Virus record (IMG/VR): IMGVR_UViG_3300042564_000716
Length of the DNA: 64,000 nt
Reading direction: 5' to 3' (one strand)
Source: an uncultured virus (IMG/VR IMGVR_UViG_3300042564_000716)
Taxonomy: Duplodnaviria; Heunggongvirae; Uroviricota; Caudoviricetes
Shown here: in pieces, positions 28,703 to 38,336 of the stretch
Numbering within the stretch: position 1 is the stretch's first letter
Layout: every line of letters starts with the position of its first letter
Notes under the pieces: generated by a model
The model's database searches: none
Told to the model about the DNA's origin: nothing
The model's input: the letters and a program-made list of their open reading frames with translations, nothing else
Program-made: the position numbers and the translations under genes

Positions 28703-29174
28703 AGAACACCGTGCAGTGAATACTTGCTGCCAAAAACACGCGAATGCCTTCAGTAGCCAAAATGCCTTCTCCGGGGATGACTAAGTTATACGCCGTAGCG
28801 TTTGAGGCGTCAGCCTGAAGCAACACCTTGTTGTACACAGTCACATTACCGCTTGCTGCGCCGCTGTCTGCCACAGTTACCGTAAAGACGTCGGCGTTTG
28901 TCACAGTCACTTGGTAAGGGTTGTCGGTCAAATCCCAGTCCAAGTACGCCCACTGACCGGTAGACAAACCGTGGTTTGCTGCGGTCACGGTTGCTGTCGT
29001 TGTGGTACGTGTGTACGTACCAGCAATCGAAGTGTTATCAACAAAAGCCGAGTAGCCCGTAGCGCCGCTGAAAGGGAATATCACAGCCCCCTTCAAACGA
29101 GTTCGGTACGGAACCATCAGGCCGGAAACAGCCGCGTGTTGCGACTTAACGTCAAATTGCATTGCCATAATCAA
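28695..29174 (-). CDS. Virion structural protein with FCCH-like insert
   Basis: MQFDVKS...IPGEGIL...TVFYG with a TVTAANHGLSTG insert. Confidence 0.6.
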   Translation of the reverse strand: MIMAMQFDVKSQHAAVSGLMVPYRTRLKGAVIFPFSGATGYSAFVDNTSIAGTYTRTTTTATVTAANHGLSTGQWAYLDWDLTDNPYQVTVTNADVFTVTVADSGAASGNVTVYNKVLLQADASNATAYNLVIPGEGILATEGIRVFLAASIHCTVFYG

Positions 29175-29182
29175 TCTCCTTT

Positions 29183-29203
29183 AAAACAGGGGCCGAGGCC
29201 CCC
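29183..29203 (-). terminator. Rho-independent terminator
   Basis: GC hairpin followed by TGTTTT on the minus strand. Confidence 0.5.
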
Positions 29204-29211
29204 GAGATCAA

Positions 29212-29730
29212 TTAAGCAGTGCGTGTAAACACGTATGCCGTGGCACTGGAGAACATGATTGTAAATCGCGCAAGGCCAGTCGCACCAGCAGCGACTGTCA
29301 AGTCGCCAAAGCTACCAGCCGTGTCGGCGGCGGCAGTAGACAAGATGCCGTTGACAGCGACAGCGATAGTCACAACGTCAGCGCCAGCGGTGTTGTCAAC
29401 GTATAGGTCCATTACGGTGCCACGAGTTGCGCCCAAGGCTGCGCCAAGCAAAGTGCCAGTGGGCAGAGTGATGGTTGTGGCTAGGGCCGAAGTGGAAGTG
29501 ATGTAACCGGTAGCAACCTGTGCTGCCGTGGCAGTAGCAGTGGCGTTGATGGCTGCGGTTGTTGGGTGATTTTGATCAGTGAAGACCAGATTGGTGGTCG
29601 TCAGATTGGTCACACTGGTCGTAGCGCCAAAGGTGGCATCGACGGTAACTGCGCCAGTGGTGGCGCTCACGGAAACAGATTGAAAGCCGTTCTCGGAACG
29701 AACTGGGCCGTTGAAGGTGGTATTAGCCAT
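29212..29730 (-). CDS. Capsid-associated/decoration-type structural protein
   Basis: MANTTFNGPVRSENGF N-terminus, Thr/Ala-rich. Confidence 0.65.
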   Translation of the reverse strand: MANTTFNGPVRSENGFQSVSVSATTGAVTVDATFGATTSVTNLTTTNLVFTDQNHPTTAAINATATATAAQVATGYITSTSALATTITLPTGTLLGAALGATRGTVMDLYVDNTAGADVVTIAVAVNGILSTAAADTAGSFGDLTVAAGATGLARFTIMFSSATAYVFTRTA

Positions 29731-29815
29731 GATGATTCCTCACATGCGAGTTGAGGTGCATCTGTCTGCATGTCGTCGGCCCGGAGCCGTCAGATACACC
29801 GGAAAGTCCGGGGTT
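29731..29815 (-). ncRNA. Candidate structured 5' leader (double pseudoknot)
   Basis: Three interleaved complementary pairs between a promoter and the ribosome-binding site (see findings). Confidence 0.5.
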
Positions 29816-29821
29816 GGTGGC

Positions 29822-29850
29822 AATATATCAGGTGGGGGTGGGGGCGTCAA
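29822..29850 (-). promoter_or_regulatory. Sigma70-like promoter TTGACG-17-TATATT
   Basis: Consensus match; overlaps the last codons of the GIY-YIG gene. Confidence 0.6.
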
Positions 29851-30646
29851 CGTGTTTACGTGACTCCGTGAAAGTTTTTCTGCCCTCTTCGGTCTGCCAA
29901 AACTCCTTCATCTGCTTGCGCTTTGATTCAGCGCGTTGCTCGGCACCACAGGCAGGACAACCACGCCCCTTGCGGAACTGTGCCGCGTACTGCGAAAACG
30001 TGCCGTGCTGCTCACAGAACACCCCCTCAATACGCACCAGAGCGCCGGTATAGACGGCATTGCTGAAGTCGTACTTGGCCTGAACGTCGGCGGGAAACTT
30101 AGCATGGACAGCTTCAAAGTCGGCTGGCACTTGCGGCTTGGCGTTGCGCTTCATGTTCTCACGGGCTCGCTTCAGTCCTTCAGGGGTGAAGGTGCGCGGG
30201 GCTTTGGCTACGCCGCGCTGGGCAGCACCGATCTTTTCGCGCACCTCGGGGGAAACCTCTTGCCCGAAACGATAGTGCTCTGAGCCTGCATGCTTGCCCT
30301 TTCTGTTGGCGCTCAATTGGTCTTTGCTTGCTTGCGTGTGCGGGATGCCTGTGCGCATACCAATAGCATCTGTGTTGATGTTGTAGCACTCAGGCTTCCC
30401 GACATGAATGTGTAGGTACGTGTTCTCTGCGGCAAACGCCGTTTTTTCTGCGGCAACATGTTCAAGAATCTCGAACACAAACGCTTCAGGTCCGTACTTG
30501 TTCCAAGCCGCCTGCAAGCGAGGGTTCTTGTGTGCGTTGCGCTTGAGGTCGTTTTTGTGCTGCCACTGACGACGCTCAAAAGATTCGGCGCTCCCAATGT
30601 AGTACTTGCCGTTGACCATGTTGGTAATCTGGTAGATGACTGCCAT
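29828..30646 (-). CDS. Free-standing GIY-YIG homing endonuclease with NUMOD3-like repeats and C-terminal Zn-finger
   Basis: VIYQITN...YYIGS...R..QH, E and YN motifs; HTQASKDQLS and SPEVREKIG; CEQHG.F...GRGCPAC. Confidence 0.9.
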   Translation of the reverse strand: MAVIYQITNMVNGKYYIGSAESFERRQWQHKNDLKRNAHKNPRLQAAWNKYGPEAFVFEILEHVAAEKTAFAAENTYLHIHVGKPECYNINTDAIGMRTGIPHTQASKDQLSANRKGKHAGSEHYRFGQEVSPEVREKIGAAQRGVAKAPRTFTPEGLKRARENMKRNAKPQVPADFEAVHAKFPADVQAKYDFSNAVYTGALVRIEGVFCEQHGTFSQYAAQFRKGRGCPACGAEQRAESKRKQMKEFWQTEEGRKTFTESRKHVDAPTPT

Positions 30647-30678
30647 TTCGATGTCCTGTATAAAGATAGAGAGTAGTC

Positions 30679-30706
30679 AGTGTACCATATGTGCGGTATA
30701 AATCAA
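30679..30706 (-). promoter_or_regulatory. Sigma70-like promoter for the endonuclease (TTGATT-16-TACACT, extended TG)
   Basis: Immediately downstream of the capsid terminator. Confidence 0.5.
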
Positions 30707-30714
30707 CAGGCAAG

Positions 30715-30740
30715 AAAAAAGGCCCCGAAGGGCCTTTTTT
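30715..30740. terminator. Bidirectional rho-independent terminator after the major capsid gene
   Basis: AAAAAA-GGCCC-CGAA-GGGCC-TTTTTT. Confidence 0.85.
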
Positions 30741-30753
30741 AGATACTTGGGTA

Positions 30754-31662
30754 TCAAGCTCCGGGGGAGCCGTACACACCAAGTGGATCGCTAACACCAA
30801 AAGAATAGCGCTCGCGTGCCTTGTATCTCACGTTCCCAGTGTCAAAATCGCCATCCATTGAATTCGCCAAAGGCGAACGGACGAAGTGCTTCAGACCGTT
30901 AGGCACGTCAGTCAACAGGAACCAAGCGTTGGTGTCGGTCAAGAAGTTGTTGATCGTGTAACCACCGGGGATGGAGCCGTTGTTCTTGATGGCGTTGATA
31001 TCGTTGTCAGCAGTGCCAACGCGGAGTTCAGTTTCCAGCAAGCGAGTTGCAACGAATTGCAGTGCAGGTGGAACCACCAATTTCTTGGGCTTGGCTGCGA
31101 TCAGCAGGCCGCGTTCGTCTGTCCAAGCAGCGATCTGAATGACGGCGTTTTCCAACGAAGTCTCGTTCAGGTCGGCAGGAGTAGCCGGACGGTTGCTGTT
31201 GACGCCACCAGAGATCAAGGGGTGTGCAGTCGAGAACAAGGTAACGCCGTCGCCGTAAGTTACGCCAGCGGTGAAACCAGTGTTCAAGATAGCAGCAGCT
31301 TTGACCTGCTTGGTGTACGACATACCACGGGCCAGAGCTTTGGTGTATCGGCTGGACAAGCTGTCATACAGGTTGTCTTCGATAGCTTCTTCAGTGATGG
31401 AGAAGCCCAAAGCGATGGTTTCGTGGGTGTAGCGAGCAGTGAAAGCTTCCTGCGCATTGTCATAAGCAATGGCAGCGCCTTCGTTCTTCACCGGAGCGGC
31501 GGAGAAGCCAGACAGCTTGGTTTCTTCTTCAAAGCTACGCTCCGATGTCTCGGTTTCGTAGATTTCTTTGTGCTGCTCGCCGTAACGGGCGTACTCAAGG
31601 CCGAACAAAGCGTTCAAGCCGGGGAGCAGTTCTTTCAGCAGTTGTGCGCGTGAAATAGCCAT
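30754..31662 (-). CDS. Major capsid protein
   Basis: MAISRAQLLKELLPGLNALFG...KARERYSFG; follows scaffold and decoration genes; strong codon bias; own terminator. Confidence 0.9.
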   Translation of the reverse strand: MAISRAQLLKELLPGLNALFGLEYARYGEQHKEIYETETSERSFEEETKLSGFSAAPVKNEGAAIAYDNAQEAFTARYTHETIALGFSITEEAIEDNLYDSLSSRYTKALARGMSYTKQVKAAAILNTGFTAGVTYGDGVTLFSTAHPLISGGVNSNRPATPADLNETSLENAVIQIAAWTDERGLLIAAKPKKLVVPPALQFVATRLLETELRVGTADNDINAIKNNGSIPGGYTINNFLTDTNAWFLLTDVPNGLKHFVRSPLANSMDGDFDTGNVRYKARERYSFGVSDPLGVYGSPGA

Positions 31663-31672
31663 GATTTACTCC

Positions 31673-32269
31673 TTAGACACCAGTGGTGTTGTTGTACTGG
31701 TGCGTGTTGATTTTCACCAACAGCTCGGTGTATGTGTCAGCAGCAGTAGCTGTCTCAGGCACAACGTCGATCACACGGATTGGGATGGTGGCGGTAGTGC
31801 CAGCGCCAGTCAAAGTGACGGCGAAAGCAGAATTACCGGTGGTGGTGTTACCAGCGTTCAGAACGAGCGCGAGGTTGGTACCAACAACAGTACGGCCAGC
31901 GGTGCCCATGGTAGTGCCAGAGGTCACAACAGCGACCTTGAACAGAGCCATCGGGTCATCCACAACGTAGGCGTAAGCCAGATTGGTGGACGTAGATGCC
32001 AGAGCGGGGATGAACTGACCTTGAATGGTTTGACCACTCGAGTTCACGTACTGACCGCCCATGCACACGCCAACAATGTTGCCAGAGTCAGTTGTGGTGG
32101 ATTTAACGAGATAGCCGTCACTGTTGATCACAACGGTATCGCCATCAAAAATGGCGGTGCCGAAGCCAGCAGCTACGGGAATCTGACGGATTGCACCTGC
32201 GTACGGCATGCCATCAATACGATTGATTGGTTGCAGACCGTAGGGTGCCGAAACGGTGGGGTAAGCCAT
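31673..32269 (-). CDS. Capsid decoration/cement-like protein
   Basis: PYGLQP...IFDGD.V...VVDDP; directly upstream of the capsid gene. Confidence 0.65.
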   Translation of the reverse strand: MAYPTVSAPYGLQPINRIDGMPYAGAIRQIPVAAGFGTAIFDGDTVVINSDGYLVKSTTTDSGNIVGVCMGGQYVNSSGQTIQGQFIPALASTSTNLAYAYVVDDPMALFKVAVVTSGTTMGTAGRTVVGTNLALVLNAGNTTTGNSAFAVTLTGAGTTATIPIRVIDVVPETATAADTYTELLVKINTHQYNNTTGV

Positions 32270-32287
32270 GTTTGGACTCCAAAAAAT

Positions 32288-32746
32288 TTATGTACCTTTA
32301 CCGAAAGTAACCTTCGTACTGCGCTCTTTGAAAAGCGGCATACGGGGGTCATTTTCTCGCATGTAAGCGTTGTCCACTGACTGCATCTGCGACTCGGCTT
32401 GTTGGCCGTAATGCGCGTTCCGCTGATCAATAAACTCAGCAGGTGTTTTGCAAAGAAGCAGACCGCCAACACAAATCGAGTCTGGGAATCGACCATTGGT
32501 CTCCCCGAACAACTGGATTTCTGGGTGATCAGACGCCTTCACGGGTTCCCATCCCTCGCGGAGTTTGGACGAAATGTTACGCGGATCATCTGCGTTTAGA
32601 GTGCTCACACGAATCCAGCGATAAGCGTACCCGGCCTCCGGAGTGGGGTCAGGTAGAAGCTGAGCAGGAGCCCATTTTGCGGGGCGCGCTGCGGTGACTC
32701 GTGTTTCGTTATCACGCTTGGTACGAATTTGTTCCGTCATGTTCAT
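32288..32746 (-). CDS. Conserved head-module protein
   Basis: YRWIR...KLREGWEPV...GGLLLCK. Confidence 0.7.
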   Translation of the reverse strand: MNMTEQIRTKRDNETRVTAARPAKWAPAQLLPDPTPEAGYAYRWIRVSTLNADDPRNISSKLREGWEPVKASDHPEIQLFGETNGRFPDSICVGGLLLCKTPAEFIDQRNAHYGQQAESQMQSVDNAYMRENDPRMPLFKERSTKVTFGKGT

Positions 32747-33690
32747 TTCCTCATTTCTTCCGCAACCTTACGAGCATAGAGTTCCAATGGAACGCCGAGC
32801 CGCTTGGCGATTTCGACCTGCGATTTGGTAAGTACGACCTTTCGGGGCGCAGTACTCCGCGTTGCCGGTGCGACAACATTTGATTTTCGCGACGGAGTTT
32901 GCGCATCCGTCTGGCTTCCAGACTCAAACTGATCTGGGAACCGCTCCCTGATGTCACTGTTGATACGCTTGTAGTATTCATCAGTGCCAGCCGGGATACC
33001 CTCGTTCACCAAGTCTTCATGAAGGCCAAGAGCGTAAGCCGTCATTCGCTTGTTGGGCCCGAACCACTGGTTATCGTCTTTCCACGATGCCAGCTTTGGG
33101 TCAACAGGCTGTTCTTGGGGAACTTGTTGTCGTGGTTGTACAACATTTTCTTCTTCCTGTAAAGGGGCAGGTCGGAAACTGTTGATTTTGTCTGCCTTGA
33201 GCTTGACCGAGGTCATCTCCTCTTGGGCCAAAACCAACGCATCCGAATCACCAGCCTCATAGGCCGTCTTGTATTTCCGACGGGCGTCTTCCATTTCGCC
33301 GGAAACAGTGCGCTTGGCTTGTTCCAGCAACGCATTTTGATTGGTGCTCAAGGAGCCCTTGAGCTTCTTGTTCTCCTCCACAATGGCGTAGGCAAGGCGA
33401 ATGGCCTCGTCTTTTTCGCGCACCGCAGCCTCTTTGGCCCGGCGCTCTTCGTGGTAGCCCTTGGTGAAGTGCTTAATGCGCTTTTGGACGCCCTCGTCGT
33501 ACTTGGACAGCTCCTCATCAGTCACGTCCTTGGGGGGCGTTTCCATGGGTTTGCGGTTGCGATCTACTTCCGGGGTATCGTCGACAATTTCAACCTCCGT
33601 ATCGGTCTCTACGACCTTTGATCCAGCGCGCGACTGCTTGTCCGCAATCTCATCAGGAAACTCAAACTCGGTTTTTTCAAATTCAGCCAT
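32743..33690 (-). CDS. Scaffolding protein
   Basis: Acidic coiled coil with C-terminal LTKSQVEIAKRLGVPLELYA; lies between portal and capsid genes. Confidence 0.75.
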   Translation of the reverse strand: MAEFEKTEFEFPDEIADKQSRAGSKVVETDTEVEIVDDTPEVDRNRKPMETPPKDVTDEELSKYDEGVQKRIKHFTKGYHEERRAKEAAVREKDEAIRLAYAIVEENKKLKGSLSTNQNALLEQAKRTVSGEMEDARRKYKTAYEAGDSDALVLAQEEMTSVKLKADKINSFRPAPLQEEENVVQPRQQVPQEQPVDPKLASWKDDNQWFGPNKRMTAYALGLHEDLVNEGIPAGTDEYYKRINSDIRERFPDQFESGSQTDAQTPSRKSNVVAPATRSTAPRKVVLTKSQVEIAKRLGVPLELYARKVAEEMRK

Positions 33691-33699
33691 GGTGCCTCC

Positions 33700-34107
33700 T
33701 TATACGCGCTGGATGCCGCGCGGGTCTTGCACCACCGCTTCGACAGAATCGTCATTGATCAAACGCCACTCAGTGCCGTGAATTTTCATGCGGGTGCCGC
33801 TGTTGGGGCGCACCAGAACAAAGTCACCTACCTTGCAGCTTGGGCCGCTCGGAAAGCGTTTTTCGTCCTTGAAGGCATCGGGCCCGATCTTGGCCACGAA
33901 CAGCACGGGCGACAACAGCTCTTCAAACTGCATTGTCTGGCTGGCTTTGAGCAAGCCGCCTTCGTACTCTTCTTTGGCCTGCGGGAGCATGCACAGCAGG
34001 TGGTAGGTAGCGGGGTCTGGAATCTGCTTGGCTTTGTCCTCAACGGGTTTGTTGAGGAGGCCGGACAGGTCCACCGCCTGAGCATCAAAGTTAGTCGTCA
34101 TTGTCAT
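33700..34107 (-). CDS. GroES-like co-chaperonin
   Basis: EGGLL...VAKIGPDA...CKVGDFVL...GT......EWRLINDDSVEAVV. Confidence 0.8.
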   Translation of the reverse strand: MTMTTNFDAQAVDLSGLLNKPVEDKAKQIPDPATYHLLCMLPQAKEEYEGGLLKASQTMQFEELLSPVLFVAKIGPDAFKDEKRFPSGPSCKVGDFVLVRPNSGTRMKIHGTEWRLINDDSVEAVVQDPRGIQRV

Positions 34108-34288
34108 CTTTCAGGTTACGCACGAGGTCGCCAATTTCACGCTGTGCGGTCTGGAGACCTCGGATGACCCCGCACAACTCCCGGTAGTAGGCATAGTCTT
34201 TCGGCTGCCCAGATACCAAAGCTTCTGAATGACTTTTGACTTGCTCCTCAATTTTGCGGTTGAGGAGCTCCAAAATTTGATTGTCCAT
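34091..34288 (-). CDS. Small helical protein after portal
   Basis: KDYAYYRELCGVIRGL. Confidence 0.7.
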   Translation of the reverse strand: MDNQILELLNRKIEEQVKSHSEALVSGQPKDYAYYRELCGVIRGLQTAQREIGDLVRNLKDDNDD

Positions 34289-34296
34289 TTTTTCTC

Positions 34297-36807
34297 TTAG
34301 TTCTCCGGCGGTTCAGCAGCCGGTCTATTTGCAAGTTCCATCAGCTTGGTCTGCATCTTTATAGATGCCTCCCGCTGCTTCTGGGCCATTTTTTGATCGA
34401 ACTCCTGCTGGCGCTGCGCCATCTCCTGCTCGTGCACTTGACGCTCTATGGCCAACTCTTGCTGCGCTCTGGCGGCGGCAATGTCTGGGTCTTCGCCTTG
34501 GCGGTTCGCAGCTTCCTGAACCTTGAGCTGCAGCTCCTGACCCTTGAGGGCCAACTCGCCCTGCACTTTTTGCTCTTTGATTGCGGAATCTTTCATCTTG
34601 ATCTGCAGCTCTTGCTGCTGCATCTGCACGATCGGGTCTTGCGCCTGCTGCTGGGCTTGCTGCTGAGCGGCTTCGCCTTGATGAATCTGCGTGAGCTGCT
34701 TCGCTGCTTGCGCGACCAGCTTGGCCAACTGAACCTCGACCTGCTCGGGCAGCTCTGCGTTGGGTGCAGGCAGCGACGCGCCAAGGCGCTCTTCGATCTG
34801 GTTGCGGTACTGGAACGCGACGTGCTCCGCAACGTGCGCCATGACGGCGGCTTGCATCTGCTGCGCCATGGGGTTCTGCCCCATCTGTCCCATGACCATC
34901 GGGTCCTGCGTCATGGACATGTGCACCGCAATGTGGGCGTCGTGGTCTTGGTAGATGAACGCCTTGGTGGGCTTGCCAGTCAAGAACGCCATGTTCTCGC
35001 TGACCGGATCGCGCGGCTTCATGTCTTCGTCGATCGGCACCAGCTTGTCAGCGTTCTTGATCCCCAGCACTTCCAGCATCTGGCGGTGCAACTGCGGCAA
35101 GTCGTAAATCTGCGGCGCGCCTTGAGCCAACTGAATCGCGGCTTGGTACTGCATGATCCGCTGGGCCATGGTCGAGCTGTTGGGGTCCGACACGGGGATA
35201 ACCTCCACCATGTCGTAGTCTTCCCGCTTGGCCTTGGGGTTGCCGCCGTTGGGCACGTACTCGTAGTCGCCCGGGGTGTTGTCGCGGATGATGGCCTTGA
35301 GGAGCTTGAACTCCTCTTTCATCGAGTAGTGCACACGAGCCTGCACGGCCGACATCGTTTTGAGCTGGCGCTCAAGGATGGCCAGTGTGGTACCCACGGG
35401 CGCGTTGGCGCTCATGTCGCTGACCTTCATGTCGGCCACAGAGCCGAGGCGGCGGGCTTCGTCCGTGATCTGCGCAAGCAGCGCCATCAGAACTTGGCTT
35501 GGCTCTTTGTATGGCAGGGGCATGATGCTGTCGCGCACCGTGCCGCTGGTCACGTCTACGTCGCGGAACTCGCCGGGTGCGATCGGAGTGTCGTCGCCCT
35601 TGATCCGCAGACCGCGCGACTTCAAGCCGCCGGGCAAGTTGGACAGCGTGCCAGCATCTACCAACTGGCGGATGATGGAGGTACCTGCGCGCGCGTAGCC
35701 CCCGATGATGTGGATCAGGCCGAGACCATACACCCCGAAGCCGGGCACGTAGGTGTACTGCACGAAGTGCTGGCGCTTAAGTTTGAGCTTGTCGTCCTCG
35801 TTCCAGTTACGGCGGATGGCCAGCACTTTGGTCGTGCTGCGGTCGATCGTGATGACGTACGGCAGTGCGATGCCGTCCTCGTCTTCGTAGCCGGGCAGGT
35901 CGTAGTCAACGCACATCTCGAGCAACTGATACCGGTTGTCGTCACTGAGGGTAAACCCTTGGTCTTCTGCTTTGCGCTTCTCGATATCAGAGTGAAACGT
36001 AAGGGGGTCCCCCAAGTCGACGTCCTTGTAAAAGCCCGCGACCTGCAGCTTCTTGACGTCGTTTTTGGTTTTACGCATGACGTGGGTCACACGCTCTGCG
36101 GTGCGCGCGCTGGACGCGCCGTACGGAATGATGATGTCTTCGGCCGGGATAAACACTGCGGCCTGCCGCCCCAAGCTGGGGTCGAAATACACCTTCTTGA
36201 ACGCGGCACCGGCCAGCCCCAAGTTGTACAACATGCGCTCGTGCTCAGGGCGGTACTCCGGCATTTCTTCCGTGAGCTTGAAGTTCATGTCGGTGCGCAC
36301 GCGCTCGGCAGCTTCTTCCTTCAACTTATCTATGGCCCCGATGATTTCCGTCTTGACGGGCCCCTGTGATGGGAACGTCTCGATGATCGTCTCAGATTGA
36401 AACCTGATGGCCGCTTCGGTCAACACCGTGGAGTACACCCCGCACGCGCCAGTCCAAGGCTCGGTGCGCTCTTCATACTTCATGCCCAGAACTTCGAGGC
36501 CCTTGACGTACATGTCCGCCCACTCTTTGCGGGACGCAATGTCAGAGTCGTACTCTCCCAGCAGGTCACTGGCCAGTGTGCCCAGCTCCCCGTCGTCCAT
36601 GAACTCGGCCAAGTTGGCATCGAAGTCCTCGTCCGTTTCGTCCTCCGGCATCAAGTCGATGGTCAGGCCGTCGACGCCAATCTGCACGCCCTCGGGGTCC
36701 TCAATCATGATCTCTATGTCCGGGGTGTCGTCTGGGGTAATGCCTGAGAGCGCGTCCAAACCCAACGGGGCCGGAGTGAGCGAAGAGGTCATGCTGTTTG
36801 CTGCCAT
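34297..36807 (-). CDS. Portal protein
   Basis: 836 aa directly after terminase; FKKVYFD, GVYGLGL, RQLVDAGTL; Gln-rich C-terminal coil. Confidence 0.9.
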   Translation of the reverse strand: MAANSMTSSLTPAPLGLDALSGITPDDTPDIEIMIEDPEGVQIGVDGLTIDLMPEDETDEDFDANLAEFMDDGELGTLASDLLGEYDSDIASRKEWADMYVKGLEVLGMKYEERTEPWTGACGVYSTVLTEAAIRFQSETIIETFPSQGPVKTEIIGAIDKLKEEAAERVRTDMNFKLTEEMPEYRPEHERMLYNLGLAGAAFKKVYFDPSLGRQAAVFIPAEDIIIPYGASSARTAERVTHVMRKTKNDVKKLQVAGFYKDVDLGDPLTFHSDIEKRKAEDQGFTLSDDNRYQLLEMCVDYDLPGYEDEDGIALPYVITIDRSTTKVLAIRRNWNEDDKLKLKRQHFVQYTYVPGFGVYGLGLIHIIGGYARAGTSIIRQLVDAGTLSNLPGGLKSRGLRIKGDDTPIAPGEFRDVDVTSGTVRDSIMPLPYKEPSQVLMALLAQITDEARRLGSVADMKVSDMSANAPVGTTLAILERQLKTMSAVQARVHYSMKEEFKLLKAIIRDNTPGDYEYVPNGGNPKAKREDYDMVEVIPVSDPNSSTMAQRIMQYQAAIQLAQGAPQIYDLPQLHRQMLEVLGIKNADKLVPIDEDMKPRDPVSENMAFLTGKPTKAFIYQDHDAHIAVHMSMTQDPMVMGQMGQNPMAQQMQAAVMAHVAEHVAFQYRNQIEERLGASLPAPNAELPEQVEVQLAKLVAQAAKQLTQIHQGEAAQQQAQQQAQDPIVQMQQQELQIKMKDSAIKEQKVQGELALKGQELQLKVQEAANRQGEDPDIAAARAQQELAIERQVHEQEMAQRQQEFDQKMAQKQREASIKMQTKLMELANRPAAEPPEN

Positions 36808-36815
36808 GGTAAATC

Positions 36816-38333
36816 CTAATAATATGCAGCCCGGCGGGCCCGCTGGAAGCCGTCATTATCCTCGTGGTCGGTGCTCAGGCGCAACAGGCCACCTTTTCGC
36901 ACGCGCATCAAGGCCAAAGTCATCGTGTCCACCTCGTCGTCGTGCTCACCGGCCGGGAACGCCAAAATCTCCTCGACGGCCTTGGCCGCCCACGCTGTCT
37001 CGGGGAACCAGACGTGGCCGGAGGCGAACATGTCGGCCACCGCGTTGAGCCGCGCAATCTTGTCTTGGCCCTTGCCCGGGCTGAAGTCCTGCACAAATAT
37101 GCCCGACCTTCGCATCTCGTCGATCAGCGGCTGGCCGCTGGCCTTGGCTTCCACAATCACGGAGTCCGGCTGCCAGTCCGCGTACTGCTCGTGGGCCATC
37201 GCCTTGAGCTCTGGGAACTCGTACTTGCCCTTGACAGAGTTGAGCAGGATGACGTTCTGGGTGTTGTCGACCTCGTTGAACCACACGCCCCACGTATGGC
37301 ACACCGAATAGTCCGAGCGCTGCTTGGTCGTGAGCGCCGTGTCGAACGCCTGCACAAGAAACTCGCACTCTGGCGGCTCGTCGCCGGTCCACCACTTGAT
37401 CCAGTCACGCTTGATGATCGCAGCTTCGGCAGCGGTGGGGTTTTGCTGGTACTGGGCATACCACTGCCACATGATGTGGTGCATCGACGCCCGGGTTTGT
37501 TGCAGGGATTCGATCGTCCACTGCTCTGGCCAGATGGATTTCTCGTTCTCGGTGCCTTCGTTCAGGATGGCCGGGAACTCAAACGCTTCGTAGTTGTCTC
37601 CGCCCTCATTCATGGCAGAGTCTTTGAGCAGTCGACCGATCAGGTCCCGCTGGTGCCAGCGCGTGTGGAGCACGCAAATCTTCCCATCCGGCATCAGACG
37701 CGTTCGCAGACCAGCGCTGAACCACTCGTAGGCGTTATCCAGTGAGTTGGTGTTTCCTGCCTTGATGTCCTGCTCAGACAGCGGGTCGTCGGCAATGATG
37801 AGGTGTGCACCCCGTCCGGCCAGCGCGCCGCCCACACCGATCGCAAAATACTCGCCCCCGTCAGTGGTGTTCCACTGGGCAGCGGCCTTGGCGTCCGAGG
37901 CAATCTTGGTTTTGGGGAAAATGCGCGCGTACTCGGCCGACTGGATCAGGTTACGCACCTTGCGCGCCATGACGATCGCCAAATCTGCAGTGTGTGATGC
38001 CACAATCACCTTGTGGTCCGGGTGACGGCCGAGGTACCACGCCGGGTAGTAGATCGAGATCATCTGGGACTTGCCCATACGCGGTGCCATAGACACGGCA
38101 ATCCGGTTTTTGATGTTCTGCTCAACGTCCATGAGGAGGTGGCCCAGCCGTTTGAGGTGGATGCCGAACTTGTAGGTCTTGTCGATGGCCGCAATGAACG
38201 CCAAGAAGTCGTCTTGGGCTGCAGCGATCGTTTTGCGCTCCTCCAACTCGTCAAACATGGCCAAAAGCTCGGCAGCCTCCTCCCGGGGCATGTTCTTGAC
38301 CAGCTTTTCGATGATTTGGGGCGTCAATTCCAT
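36816..38333 (-). CDS. terL: Terminase large subunit
   Basis: Walker A MAPRMGKS, LIIADDP, TRWH..DL, AFDTA, EAKASG, HDDEVD. Confidence 0.95.
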   Translation of the reverse strand: MELTPQIIEKLVKNMPREEAAELLAMFDELEERKTIAAAQDDFLAFIAAIDKTYKFGIHLKRLGHLLMDVEQNIKNRIAVSMAPRMGKSQMISIYYPAWYLGRHPDHKVIVASHTADLAIVMARKVRNLIQSAEYARIFPKTKIASDAKAAAQWNTTDGGEYFAIGVGGALAGRGAHLIIADDPLSEQDIKAGNTNSLDNAYEWFSAGLRTRLMPDGKICVLHTRWHQRDLIGRLLKDSAMNEGGDNYEAFEFPAILNEGTENEKSIWPEQWTIESLQQTRASMHHIMWQWYAQYQQNPTAAEAAIIKRDWIKWWTGDEPPECEFLVQAFDTALTTKQRSDYSVCHTWGVWFNEVDNTQNVILLNSVKGKYEFPELKAMAHEQYADWQPDSVIVEAKASGQPLIDEMRRSGIFVQDFSPGKGQDKIARLNAVADMFASGHVWFPETAWAAKAVEEILAFPAGEHDDEVDTMTLALMRVRKGGLLRLSTDHEDNDGFQRARRAAYY

Positions 38334-38336
38334 GAT

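Noticed and set aside
29828..30646. Group I intron around the GIY-YIG gene
   Set aside because: The flanking genes are intact and separate, and the flanks are short and explained by a terminator and promoters.
34393..36369. 658-aa plus-strand ORF, and similar long antisense ORFs (1554..2486, 2508..3746, 27743..28756, 30886..31653, 36864..37745, 58079..59149)
   Set aside because: These are shadow frames opposite well-supported genes, expected from GC-rich codon bias; they have no motifs or ribosome-binding sites.
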